From NCBI GenBank assembly GCA_963752475.1, contig CAVVYR010000004.1:207051-271050 (forward strand): a DNA stretch of 64,000 nt, in the 5' to 3' direction. The notes under the pieces are model-generated. The model was not told the origin of the DNA, did not search any database, and saw only the letters and a list, made by a program, of their open reading frames with translations. This DNA is from an uncultured Chloroflexia bacterium (GTDB lineage: Bacteria > Chloroflexota > Limnocylindria > Limnocylindrales > CSP1-4). Of this stretch, positions 41,152-51,400 are shown piece by piece (the stretch's first letter is position 1; the number at the start of each line of letters is the position of its first letter). Made by a program: the position numbers and the translations under genes.

Positions 41152-41859
41152 GTGAACGACAAGGTCATGGTCCGTATCGACGGTGAGGTGATCTCGGCCA
41201 CCGCGGGACAGAGCGTCCTCCAGGTCGCGCGGGAGAACGGCAAGTACATCCCGTCCCTCTGCTACATGGAGGGGATCTCGCCACAGGGCTCCTGTCGTCT
41301 GTGCATGATCGAGGTGCAGGGCGCCAAGAAGCTGCAACCTGCCTGCACGACACCGGTGTCGGAAGGCTTGGCGGTGACGACCCACACCGCGCAGCTCGCG
41401 GGCTACCGCAAGATGGCCCTGGAGTTGCTCTTCGCCGAACGCAACCACATCTGCGCGGTGTGCGTCAGCTCCGGGCACTGCGAGCTGCAGTCGCTGGCGC
41501 AGGAGCACGGCATGACCAACACGCGCTTCGACTACAGCTTCCCCAACTACACGCCTGACACCTCGCACCCGCGCTACGTCTTCGACCCCAACCGCTGCGT
41601 GCTCTGCGCTCGCTGCGTGCGCACCTGTGCCGAGATCGAGGGCGCACACGTGTGGGACATCGCCGGACGAGGCGTGGCCTCCGGACCGGTGACGGAGCTG
41701 CAACGACCGTGGGGTGAAGCGATGAGCTGTACCAGCTGCGGCAAGTGTGTCCAGGCCTGTCCGACCGGCGCGCTGGCCGAGAAGGGCTGGGCCGTGGAGG
41801 AGATGACCAAGCAGAAGAGCGTCGTGAGCACCCTCGACACCATGCGCAGGGGCCAGTGA
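41152..41859 (+). CDS. hoxU: Bidirectional hydrogenase Fe-S subunit
   Basis: IPSLC, GSCRLC, ERNHICAVC, RCVLCARCVRTC, CTSCGKCVQACPTGAL. Confidence 0.92.
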   Translation: MNDKVMVRIDGEVISATAGQSVLQVARENGKYIPSLCYMEGISPQGSCRLCMIEVQGAKKLQPACTTPVSEGLAVTTHTAQLAGYRKMALELLFAERNHICAVCVSSGHCELQSLAQEHGMTNTRFDYSFPNYTPDTSHPRYVFDPNRCVLCARCVRTCAEIEGAHVWDIAGRGVASGPVTELQRPWGEAMSCTSCGKCVQACPTGALAEKGWAVEEMTKQKSVVSTLDTMRRGQ

Positions 41860-42401
41860 TGGAACAGGAAGTGCAGAAGGCCACGATCGGGACCTGCTGG
41901 CTCGACGGCTGCTCCGGCTGTCACATGTCGCTGCTGGACATGGACGAAGCCATCGTCGACGTGCTGGCCAAGGCCGACATCGTGTTCGGCCCGCTCGTCG
42001 ATGCCCAGGAGTGGCCCGAGGGCGTCGACGTCGCGGTCATCGAGGGTGCGGTGTCGAGCCAGGATGACCTCGATCTCTTGACCGAGGCTCGTGAACGCTC
42101 GTCGATCGTGGTGGCTCTGGGCGACTGCGCAGTCACCGGCAACGTGCCCACGATGCGCAACGGCATCCCCACGCGCTCGCTGCTCGAACAGATCTACGTC
42201 GACTCGGTCGACGAGCAGCCGCAGATCCCCACCGTCGGGGTGCCGCCGCTGCTCAAGCAGGCAGAGCCGCTCCAGGCCCACGTCAAGGTCGATGTCCACG
42301 TGCCGGGCTGCCCGCCCAGTGCCGAGTCGATCCTCTACGTCATCAGTGAGCTACTGGAGGGCCGCGTGCCCGACCTCGGCTCGAAGCAGCGATTCGGCTA
42401 G
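41859..42401 (+). CDS. hoxY: [NiFe] hydrogenase small subunit
   Basis: WLDGCSGCHMS, EGAV, GDCAVTGNV, PGCPP; TGATG overlap. Confidence 0.92.
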   Translation: MEQEVQKATIGTCWLDGCSGCHMSLLDMDEAIVDVLAKADIVFGPLVDAQEWPEGVDVAVIEGAVSSQDDLDLLTEARERSSIVVALGDCAVTGNVPTMRNGIPTRSLLEQIYVDSVDEQPQIPTVGVPPLLKQAEPLQAHVKVDVHVPGCPPSAESILYVISELLEGRVPDLGSKQRFG

Positions 42402-42411
42402 GAGGCCGAGC

Positions 42412-43833
42412 ATGGCGACGATCAACATCCCCCACGTCTCGCGCATCGAGGGTCATGCCTCCATCACCATCGACCTCGACGAATCCGGGAACGTGGCCGA
42501 CACGCAGTTCTCGGTCACCCAGATCCGTGGCTTCGAGAAGTTCGTGGCCGGCCGGCCGTACTACGAGATGCCCTCCATCACCGCGCGCATCTGTGGCATC
42601 TGCCCGGTGTCGCACCTGCTGGCCTCGTCCAAGGCGTGTGATGAGATCATGGCCGTGCGCGTCCCGCCGACCGCGGCCAAGCTGCGCGAGCTGCTGCACA
42701 TGGCGCAGATCGTGCAGTCACACGCGCTCTCCTTCTTCCATCTGTCCGCGCCCGATCTGCTGCTGGGCATGGACTACGACCCCAAGCTGCGCAACGTGGC
42801 CGGGCTGCTGGCCAAGCACCCGGCGGTGGTGCAGGACGGCGTGCGGCTACGGAAGTTCGGCCAGCAGGTCATCGAACGCCTGGGTCGCGAGCGCGTGCAT
42901 CCCTCGTGGACCGTGCCCGGTGGCGTGAACTCCGAGCTCGATCCCCAGGCTCGCGAGAAGACCCTCGAGGAATGGGACGAAGCGCTGGACATCGTGCAGC
43001 GCACCCTGGAGCTGTGGAAGGGCACCATCAATTCCTTCCCCGAGGAGGTCGCCACCTTCTCGAACTTCCCCTCGATGTTCTGCGGCACGGTCTCGCCCGA
43101 TGGCGATCTCGAGCTGTACGACGGGACGCTGCGCTTCCGTGACGCGGCCGGCGAGATCGTGGCCGACCACATCGAAGCGGCCGACTACGCCACCTACATC
43201 GGCGAAGCGACGATGCGGGACTCGTACCTGAAGGCGCCGTACTACAAGCCGTTGGGCCTCGATGAAGGCGTCTACCGCGTGGGGCCGATGGCGCGCCTCA
43301 ACGTCTGCGACCGGATCTCGACACCCCTGGCCGATGCCGAGCTGCAGGAGCTGCGCCAGCGGCTAGGCCGCGTGGTGCCGAGCAGCTTCCACAATCACTA
43401 CGCCCGGCTCATCGAAGCCCTCTACGGGCTGGAGCGCATGAAGCAGCTGCTCGAAGATCCCAGGATCCTCGACACCAAGGTGCGCGCACACGCCGGGGTC
43501 AACGACCTCGAGGGCGTGGGCATCATCGAGGCTCCTCGAGGCACGCTCATCCACCACTACAAGGTCAATGACGACGGGGCCATGACCTGGGCCAACCTCA
43601 TCGTCGCGACCGGGCACAACAACCTGGCCATCCGACGGGGCGTGCACGACGTGGCCACTCACTTCATCGACGGCAAGGAGATCCGGGAGGGCGCGGTCAA
43701 CCGCGTCTCGGCCATCGTCCGCGCCTTCGACCCGTGCCTCTCGTGCTCGACACACCAACTGGGACAGGCCGCCATCGTGATGACGCTGCGGGGCCCCGAC
43801 GGTGAGGTCCTCGACGAAAAGGGCACCGTCTAG
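42412..43833 (+). CDS. hoxH: [NiFe] hydrogenase large subunit (group 3d-like)
   Basis: [22 protein letters not shown] (L1), [17 protein letters not shown] (L2) plus a C-terminal extension. Confidence 0.95.
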   Translation: MATINIPHVSRIEGHASITIDLDESGNVADTQFSVTQIRGFEKFVAGRPYYEMPSITARICGICPVSHLLASSKACDEIMAVRVPPTAAKLRELLHMAQIVQSHALSFFHLSAPDLLLGMDYDPKLRNVAGLLAKHPAVVQDGVRLRKFGQQVIERLGRERVHPSWTVPGGVNSELDPQAREKTLEEWDEALDIVQRTLELWKGTINSFPEEVATFSNFPSMFCGTVSPDGDLELYDGTLRFRDAAGEIVADHIEAADYATYIGEATMRDSYLKAPYYKPLGLDEGVYRVGPMARLNVCDRISTPLADAELQELRQRLGRVVPSSFHNHYARLIEALYGLERMKQLLEDPRILDTKVRAHAGVNDLEGVGIIEAPRGTLIHHYKVNDDGAMTWANLIVATGHNNLAIRRGVHDVATHFIDGKEIREGAVNRVSAIVRAFDPCLSCSTHQLGQAAIVMTLRGPDGEVLDEKGTV

Positions 43834-44015
43834 GCCCGATCGGGCGGCTGCTCACCCCGTGAGCGATCTCGACACATCTGCGCCCAGACCTGCCGTTCTT
43901 GCTCGTCCGGTGGACATGGGCGACAGCGGTGCTCACGCCGTGGGCAGAACCTGACGATCTGCCGTCATCCAGGTCGAGATCGCCCACTCGGTGAGCAACC
44001 GGCGTGGGCGCCGGT

Positions 44016-44150
44016 CTAGACCCGTTCGTCCGCCGAGGATGCGGGCGCCCAAAGGTCGACCTGCGGGAGTCCTTCGATACCCAGCGTCTGTGACAACTCG
44101 CCGCAGTGGTAGGCCTCGTGAGCGGATCGTCGGAGTCGGCATGCGGGCAT
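44016..44150 (-). pseudogene. C-terminal remnant of a DinB-like protein
   Basis: Minus frame reads HEAYHCGELSQTLGIEGLPQVDLW, a DinB-type H-x3-H terminal helix. Confidence 0.5.
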
Positions 44151-44204
44151 GATGCGCACCGTCGTGATCGGACCGCCAGCCGGAGCGACCTCCGTCGCTG
44201 AGCG

Positions 44205-44750
44205 CTACAAGGTCTCGAGCGCCTGTCCCACGGTCAGGGCCTGGCTGAAGACGCTGCTGGCGGCGGTCACGTTGCTGACCTTGTCGTCCACGTAGGTGAT
44301 GTCGCGGCTCCCGGCCTGCTGCTGTGCGAAGCGGAAGGCCTCGAACTCGGGCTTCACATGTCCGATCGCATCCGAGACGTAGACCCGCTCGAACCGGCCG
44401 TCCAGTCCATAGCGAGCGAGGCGTGCCTGAAGCCAGTCGGTACGGTGGTTGCTGAGGAGCCAGATCGTCGCATCCGATCGCTGGACCCAGTCGAAGAGCG
44501 GCCCGGTCGCATAGCGCTCCTCCAGCTCGGCCGTAAGCGTCTCGCTGTCCGACCCCGGCGCGAACGTCTGCCACAGCTCCTCGACGCTCATCCGGCCCAG
44601 CCAGAACCGCTGACGGAGCCGCCCGTGCCAGGTCGCCACCGCCTCCCTTCGGTCCTGCCCGTTGCGCTCCGCGAGGTCGGCGATGAACGGCACCAGCGGG
44701 TTGGTGAAGATGACGCCGTGAACGTCGAGGACGATGAGGCGCTCAGACAT
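44205..44750 (-). CDS. HAD-family hydrolase
   Basis: LDVHGVI, LLSN, KP, YVDDK..NV.AA. Confidence 0.85.
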   Translation of the reverse strand: MSERLIVLDVHGVIFTNPLVPFIADLAERNGQDRREAVATWHGRLRQRFWLGRMSVEELWQTFAPGSDSETLTAELEERYATGPLFDWVQRSDATIWLLSNHRTDWLQARLARYGLDGRFERVYVSDAIGHVKPEFEAFRFAQQQAGSRDITYVDDKVSNVTAASSVFSQALTVGQALETL

Positions 44751-45660
44751 CGGTCTCGGGCTGCGAATTGGTGGCCCGCACGATCTCGTCCACGATCGAC
44801 TGCGTCAGCTCGCCCAGGCCGGCCGGCGAGACGGTGGGTACGTCGTTGGCCTCGGCCGCGTCGATGAGATGGTCCTGGATGGCCCGGATGGTGGGGAACT
44901 CGGCCAGGCCACGGTGCCCGCCACGTAGTGGCTCCACGCGAGCGCGATGGGTCAGGCGTTCGCGGTGCAGGTGCTCGTCGGGTTCGATGATCGCCCGCTC
45001 GATGACGATGGGACTCGTCGGGTGCGTCGACATGACTCGAGTCAGGTAGCCGGGCAGGGCATGGATACCCTCGACCAAGCTCGGCGTCTGCTCCACGCAC
45101 AGCCGTGTCACGACGGCGGCAGTGGCCGCGGCGACCGAGCTGCACTGGCGGTCGAAGCCCGTGAACGGATCTCTGGCCGAGAGGTCGATGAGCTGGAACG
45201 AGGAGGCGTGCAGCTCGGGTAGGACGGTATCGGGGATGACCGTGCGCAGGACCTCGCGGATGGTATCGGTAGTCACGATGCGAGTGATCTCGAGGCGCAT
45301 CGCAAGGCGGGTGGCGACGGTCGACTTGCCCACCCCGGGGGCACCAGCGATGGCCACCACCACCGGCCGCTGGACGCGCTTCGCGTGACGCCACGCTCGC
45401 CAGCGCGAGGCCACCACCGGGCCCGCCCGCTCCTCGAGCATGACGCTGGCGCGCTCGACGAGGTCGTCGGCTTCGATCTCCGTGCGTCCGTCAGCTCGCA
45501 GCTCGTCGTAGAGCGCGGTCGCGAGCAGGTACGCCTCGGCCGTGGCCAAGCCCGTAGCGAGCAGGCTCGTGGCCATGATCCCGCGGGAGAATGGCAGGCG
45601 CGAGCCGGCTCGGTCGTGGACCACGAGGTGGCGGTCATCGGGCACGAGGTCGCGGGGCAC
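44743..45660 (-). CDS. 2-phosphoglycerate kinase-like protein (ATP-cone plus P-loop)
   Basis: PFSRGIMA.SL, GAPGVGKST.A..LA.RL.I..I.TTD.IRE, LHASSF, VEGIH..PG. Confidence 0.8.
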   Translation of the reverse strand: MPRDLVPDDRHLVVHDRAGSRLPFSRGIMATSLLATGLATAEAYLLATALYDELRADGRTEIEADDLVERASVMLEERAGPVVASRWRAWRHAKRVQRPVVVAIAGAPGVGKSTVATRLAMRLEITRIVTTDTIREVLRTVIPDTVLPELHASSFQLIDLSARDPFTGFDRQCSSVAAATAAVVTRLCVEQTPSLVEGIHALPGYLTRVMSTHPTSPIVIERAIIEPDEHLHRERLTHRARVEPLRGGHRGLAEFPTIRAIQDHLIDAAEANDVPTVSPAGLGELTQSIVDEIVRATNSQPETDV

Positions 45661-45880
45661 GGCTCCTCCGTCGTTGACACGCGCTCACGAAACGGCGCGT
45701 GGTCATGGCCGGCGAGCGTAGCGTCACGATGACGTCAGCCTGATGACGGCGTCACTCCGGTCGGCGGTGAACGAGCGCTGCATCCTTGCCACACAACCGG
45801 TCAGATTCGCCCGCTGCGCGGCAGACAGAGCCCTGCACAAGGCGGCCAACGGAACGCTGTACGGTCGGGAAGTACGCGGC

Positions 45881-46003
45881 CTGCAATGCCTTGAAACCTG
45901 CTCGTAATGCGCTCACCTGAGGCTGCGTCACACCAAACCGCTCCGGCGATCGGTCAGATCGGCCGCCAGCACGGACCGGAAGCGCATCAGGAAGGAACGA
46001 GCG
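45881..46003 (+). promoter_or_regulatory. Duplicated promoter/5' leader, copy 1
   Basis: Near-identical to 47663-47782. Confidence 0.75.
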
Positions 46004-47590
46004 ATGCGAACGAGACTGATCCCCACCAGTCTGCTGGCCCTGAGCCTGACAGTCGCCCTCCCGGCGGCAGCAGCAGCACAGGATGACGCCAGCGACCCCG
46101 ACGGAGTGGCCTTCTTCACGGGCACGATCGGCGACTCCACACTGGCGGAGCCACCGACCGAGGAATTCACTGACGGCGGCGTCGTCGTTCGTGGCCTGGT
46201 CTGGGTCGACACACCGGTGGAGGCGACCGACCCGCGCTTCGACGGCACGCTCTCGCGTGAGATGAACATCGATGTCCACTTCCTGAGCGATATCGAGGAC
46301 ATCACCGTCCAGTCCACCGCCTACCTGCTCGAGAACGAGGCCGGCTCGTGGGCCGGAACCGCCACGTCTCTCACCCACGGCGGACGCGACATCGAGCGGG
46401 AAGACGCCACGGACGTCGACACCGTCATCCTCACTGGCTCCGGTGACTACGAGGGTCTCAGCGCTTACGTCCTGACCGACTGGACCGAGGAGCCCACGGC
46501 ATTCGAAGCGGCCATCTTTGCTGGCGAGATGCCACCATTCCCCGAGCCCTTCGTGGCTGGCGAAGCACCGACGGGCCATGCAGCCGGTAGCCTGGCCGAG
46601 ATCGACGCGCTCCTGACCGAGGACGTGGTCGGTGACGCCCCGGGCGCCGTGACCGCCCTGGCGATCCGCGACGGCGAGACCCTCGCGAGCGCCGCCGGCA
46701 GCGCCAATTCGAACGGTAGCCCGGTGAGCGTGGACACGGCATTCCGTGTGGGCAGCATCTCCAAGTCGTTCACCGCCACGATGGTGATGCAGTTGGTCGA
46801 CGAGGGCCTCGTGGACCTCGATGAGCCGCTGTCCACCTACCTGCCCGATACCCGGGTCGGCGGCGACGTCACGATCCGGCAGCTGCTCTCCCACACCAGT
46901 GGGGTCGCCAGCTACACCGATCAGGACGGCTACTTCGACTCGCTGTTGGCCGACGTGACTCGAACGTACTCGTACGACGAGATCATCGATGTCGTCGCCG
47001 ACGTACCGCACGAGGAGCCGGGCGGCGACTTCAGCTACTCGAACACGAACTACATCCTGCTCGGTCAGCTCATCGAGACGGTCGGTGGGGATGACCTGGA
47101 GACAGCGCTGCAGACGCGCATCGTCGAGCCGGCGGGCCTGCAGTCGACGACGTTCGGACTCGACGCCGAGAGCTTGCCCGAAGACTTCGCGGCACCGTGG
47201 TTCGAGGACGTGTTCGTTGGCGATCCCGAGGCCGACTACGAGGCCTTCTCCTCGTCCGCCTGGTCAGCTGGTGCGCTGGTCTCGAGCGCGAGCGACCTGG
47301 CGCTGTTCACGGACGCACTCTTCGCGGGCACCCTCGTCTCCGAGGATGCCCTTGCCCAGATGCTCGATGTCGGGCCAGAGGGCTACGGCCTGGGCATCGG
47401 CACCATGCCCCCAGGTTCCGAGCCGGGTGCCTTCTACGGCCACAACGGATCGATCCACGGGTACAACGCCTTCCTGGCCGCTGACCCCGACACGGGCGAC
47501 ACGGTGGTCGTGCTCTCCAGCGTCCTGGACCAGGACCCCTGGTGGGCGTTCGAGGCCATCCTCGACGGTGGCTCGGCCAGCGAGGGCTGA
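46004..47590 (+). CDS. Secreted serine hydrolase (beta-lactamase/AmpC-like) with an extra N-terminal beta-domain
   Basis: Signal peptide; SxxK (GSISKS), LLSHTSG, YSNTNY, GHNG. Confidence 0.9.
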   Translation: MRTRLIPTSLLALSLTVALPAAAAAQDDASDPDGVAFFTGTIGDSTLAEPPTEEFTDGGVVVRGLVWVDTPVEATDPRFDGTLSREMNIDVHFLSDIEDITVQSTAYLLENEAGSWAGTATSLTHGGRDIEREDATDVDTVILTGSGDYEGLSAYVLTDWTEEPTAFEAAIFAGEMPPFPEPFVAGEAPTGHAAGSLAEIDALLTEDVVGDAPGAVTALAIRDGETLASAAGSANSNGSPVSVDTAFRVGSISKSFTATMVMQLVDEGLVDLDEPLSTYLPDTRVGGDVTIRQLLSHTSGVASYTDQDGYFDSLLADVTRTYSYDEIIDVVADVPHEEPGGDFSYSNTNYILLGQLIETVGGDDLETALQTRIVEPAGLQSTTFGLDAESLPEDFAAPWFEDVFVGDPEADYEAFSSSAWSAGALVSSASDLALFTDALFAGTLVSEDALAQMLDVGPEGYGLGIGTMPPGSEPGAFYGHNGSIHGYNAFLAADPDTGDTVVVLSSVLDQDPWWAFEAILDGGSASEG

Positions 47591-47615
47591 ACGGGCTTCC
47601 CGTCAGCGGAGACAG

Positions 47616-47647
47616 GCGCCCGGCCAGACAGGTCGGGCGCTTTCTTT
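47616..47647 (+). terminator. Rho-independent terminator
   Basis: GCGCCCGGCC-AGACA-GGTCGGGCGC followed by TTTCTTT. Confidence 0.75.
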
Positions 47648-47662
47648 GCCTCTGTGAGCGTC

Positions 47663-47782
47663 CTGCCATGCCTTGAAACCTGCTTGTAACGCCCTCGTCC
47701 GAGGCTGCGCATCACCAACCGCTCCGGCGAACGGCCAGATCGGCCGACAGGACGGACCGGCACATCCAGAAAGGGATGAACG
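47663..47782 (+). promoter_or_regulatory. Duplicated promoter/5' leader, copy 2
   Basis: Near-identical to 45881-46003. Confidence 0.75.
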
Positions 47783-48358
47783 ATGCGCATGCGAACCCTC
47801 CCCATCAGCCTGCTGACCCTGAGCCTGGCCCTCGCGGGCACGACGGCCGCGGTGGCCCAGGACGACGCCGACCTCGAGCCCGAGGTCGCCTACTCCAGCG
47901 GTTCCATCAGCGGCGAGCCTGCCGGCTTCGTCGACGGGACCGAAGAGCTGACCGATGGTCTACGCCAGGCAGCGGGTTGGTCGGTGGTCGGCATCCCCAT
48001 CGAGATGGACGACCCGCGTGTCTCGGGCCAGCTGACCTTCGTGGCCAACGGATCAGGCCAGGACTTCGACGACGGCTTCGCCAAGATCGAGTCGAAGTCG
48101 TATCGGCTGGAGAACGAGGATGGCGCCTGGACCGGCTCCGGCGACGCGATCGTGGCGGTCACGGAAGACGCACCACTGATGGACCTCGAGACCGCGGTCC
48201 TCGTTGGCGACGGTGAGTACGAGGGACTCCTGGCCTTCTTCTTCGCTGAATTCGGTGCGGACGAGCGGACGTTCGAGATCGTCGTCATCGAAGGCGAGCG
48301 CCCGCCAGTGCCCGACCCCGTGTCTGCCACGGCCGTCGAGGACGTCGCCACCTCCTGA
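47783..48358 (+). CDS. Secreted protein, stand-alone paralogue of the N-terminal domain of 46004-47590
   Basis: Shared DPR..G.L, Y.LENE.G.W.G, T..L.G.G.YEGL, FE.....GE.PP.P.P. Confidence 0.8.
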   Translation: MRMRTLPISLLTLSLALAGTTAAVAQDDADLEPEVAYSSGSISGEPAGFVDGTEELTDGLRQAAGWSVVGIPIEMDDPRVSGQLTFVANGSGQDFDDGFAKIESKSYRLENEDGAWTGSGDAIVAVTEDAPLMDLETAVLVGDGEYEGLLAFFFAEFGADERTFEIVVIEGERPPVPDPVSATAVEDVATS

Positions 48359-48471
48359 CCCGGGATCGATCCTCCTCGCCATCGGGCTCGGCCACACGGT
48401 CGGGCCCGATGCGCGTTCGCCCCATCGGGCTTGAAAGGTGCCTGTAATGTCACACCGTGACAGTGCACGAT

Positions 48472-51400
48472 ATGAAGCACGCGGAGGACATGGCGCCGGC
48501 TCGGGCATGCCCGTGCATCCGCATCTTCGGCGGCGTGGGTGTCGAGGCCGTCGACGGCCCCCTCAGCATCGGTGGTCCGCGGCAGCGGCGCCTGCTGGCA
48601 CTGCTCGCCCTGCGCGTCGGCACGGTCGTGGACATCGACTGGCTGGCCGAATACCTGTGGGACGACGAGGACCGGCCCGAGGCCACAGCCCCCTCGCTGC
48701 GAACGTACGTCTCGCGCCTGCGCTCGGCCTTCCCCACGTCCGCTCGCGAGTGGATCGTCACCGAGCCCGAGGGCTACCGATTGGCCGCGCCGCCCGAGGC
48801 CGTCGAGCACCTACGCTTCGGGCTCCTGCGCGCCGAGGCCACGGCCGCCCGCAAGCGCGGCGACCACCTCACGGCCGAGCGACGGCTGAACCAGGCCCTC
48901 GAGCTCTGGCGTGGCGAGCCCTTCCGTGAGCTGGCCGACCTGGAGCCGGCCGAGGCCGAGATCGAACGGCTCCGCCTCGACCGACTCGACGTGATGGAAG
49001 AGCGCTGGGAGGCCGCACTTGCGCTCGGGCGGCACACGCAGATCACCGGCGAGCTGGCGGCGTTCGCCACCGAGCACGCCGAACGCGACCGCGCCGTGCG
49101 GCAGTACGCCCTGGCCCTTCACCGCAGCGGCCAGACCACCGAGGCCCTGCGCGTCGTTCGCGAGCACATCCGCGTGCTGGTCGACGAGTTCGGGCTCGAC
49201 CCTTCGGCCGAGATCACCGCGCTCGAACGTCAGCTGCTCGACGACGACCCCGCGCTGGCGGTGGAGTCTGACGACGGCTCGATCCGCGGCTACAGGCTCG
49301 AAGAAGAGATCGGCGTCGGCTCCTTCGCCATCGTCTGGCGGGGGGTGCAGCCGTCTGTCGGACGAGAAGTGGCCATCAAGCAGATCCGCAGCGAGCTGGC
49401 CACGCAGCCGGCATTCATCCGCCGTTTCGAGGCGGAGGCCCACCTGGTCGCCCGCATCGAACACCCCCACATCGTCCCGCTCATCGACTACTGGCGTGAT
49501 CCCGACTCGGCCTACCTGGTCATGCGCTGGCTGCGTGGCGGCACGCTCGAGCGCCGGCTTGACGATGGCCCGCTGACGCTGGCCGAGACGCTCGGCATCG
49601 CCCGCCAGGTCGGCGCCGCCCTCACCGCGGCGCACGTTCACGGGGTCATCCACCGCGACGTCCGCACGGCCAACATCCTCTTCGACGAGTCCGGCAACGC
49701 CTTCCTGACCGACTTCGGCATCGCGCTCGAAGCAGCCGAGACCAGCGGCCCCGAAGCGGCGCTGTCGCCGGGCACACCGGCCTACTCCTCGCCCGAGCAG
49801 ATCCGTCAGGAGCCGCTGGGCCCGGCCAGCGACGTCTTCAGCCTCGGCGTCGTGCTTCACGAGTGCCTCGCCGGCACCCTCCCCTTCGCCGATGCCGCCA
49901 ACGCCGGCGAGGTCATCGAGCGACAGCTCAACGAGCCGTATCCCAAGCTCTCGGATCTGCGACACGACGTGCCCGAACCCTTGGCCGATGCCATCACGAG
50001 AGCCACCGCCAAGGACCCGGCAGAACGGTTCGCCTCGGTGGCCGACTTCATCGCCGCGCTCGACGCAGCGACCGACGCCACCGAAGCCGCGACCGAGGCG
50101 CCGCTCGCGACGGCGCCTGTGGGCAAGGTCCACAACCCCTACCTCGGTCTGCTGGCCTTCGACGATACGAGTGCCGATCGGTTCTTCGGCCGAGAGCGCC
50201 TGGTGGCCGAGCTCGTGACCAGCCTCAGTGGGACCGGCATCGCCTCGCGCTGCGTGGTGCTCGTCGGCCCATCCGGGTCGGGCAAATCGTCGGTCGCACG
50301 AGCCGGACTGCTGCCTGCGCTCCGTGCCGGCGAGGTCCCGGGTGCGGCCGACTGGTACGCGACCTCGATGATCACCAGGCGACGAGCCTTTCGAGTCGCT
50401 CGAGGCAGCGCTGCTGCGCGTCGCGGTGAACCCGCCGCCGACGCTGCTGGCACAGCTCAGCGACGGGCCGCGCGGCATCCTGCGCAGCGTCCGCCGCTGC
50501 CTGCCTGACGATGGCCAGCGGCTGGTGCTCCTGCTCGACCAGCTCGAGGAGCTCTTCGTGGGCCACTCGCGCCAGGACGCGGACGAGTTCCTCGAGGCGC
50601 TGGCGCTGGCCGTCACCGACCCGTCGTCGCCACTGCGCCTGGTGGCCACGCTGCGCGCGGACTACTACGGCCAGCCGCTGGCACACCCCTCGTTCGCGCC
50701 GGTGCTCGACGCCGCCACGGTCAACGTCACGCCGCTCGCCGGCGACGAGCTGGAACGCGCGATCGTCGAGCCGGCACGAGCGCTGGGCGTCACGTACGAG
50801 CCCGGCCTCGTGGCACGCATCGCGGCCGAGACCACGGGCCTGCCATCGCCGCTGCCGTTGCTGCAGTACACCCTGGCCGAACTCTTCGAGCGGCGGAACG
50901 GCGGGGTGCTCACCGCCGCGGCGTATGACGACATCGGTGGGCTCAGCGGTGCCCTCGCCTCCCGCGCGGAGGCCATCTATAGCGATGCTGACAGCGAGCA
51001 GCGCGACGCCATCCGCCTGCTCTTCGGACGACTCATCGATCCAGGACAGGAGACGGCCGACCTGCGCCGGCGCGCAGAGCTCGCAGACCTCGGCGGATCG
51101 ACGGCGATGACGTGGGCTCTCGAGAGCTACGGCGCTGCCCGGCTCATCACCTTCGACCGAGACGACGCCAGCCGCGAGCCGACCGTGGAGGTGGCGCACG
51201 AGGCACTCCTCCGCGAGTGGCCCCGCCTGGTCCGCTGGCTGACGGCCGACCGTGAGCTGCTTCGAGCGGTGGCCCGGCTCAACGAGGCCACGACCCGCTG
51301 GGACGAGGGTGGTCGACGCGATGAAGACCTCCTCCGCGGTGGACGGCTGGAACGTGCGGCCGAGCTTTCGGCTACGGCACCGACCTACCTGCGTGCGCTC

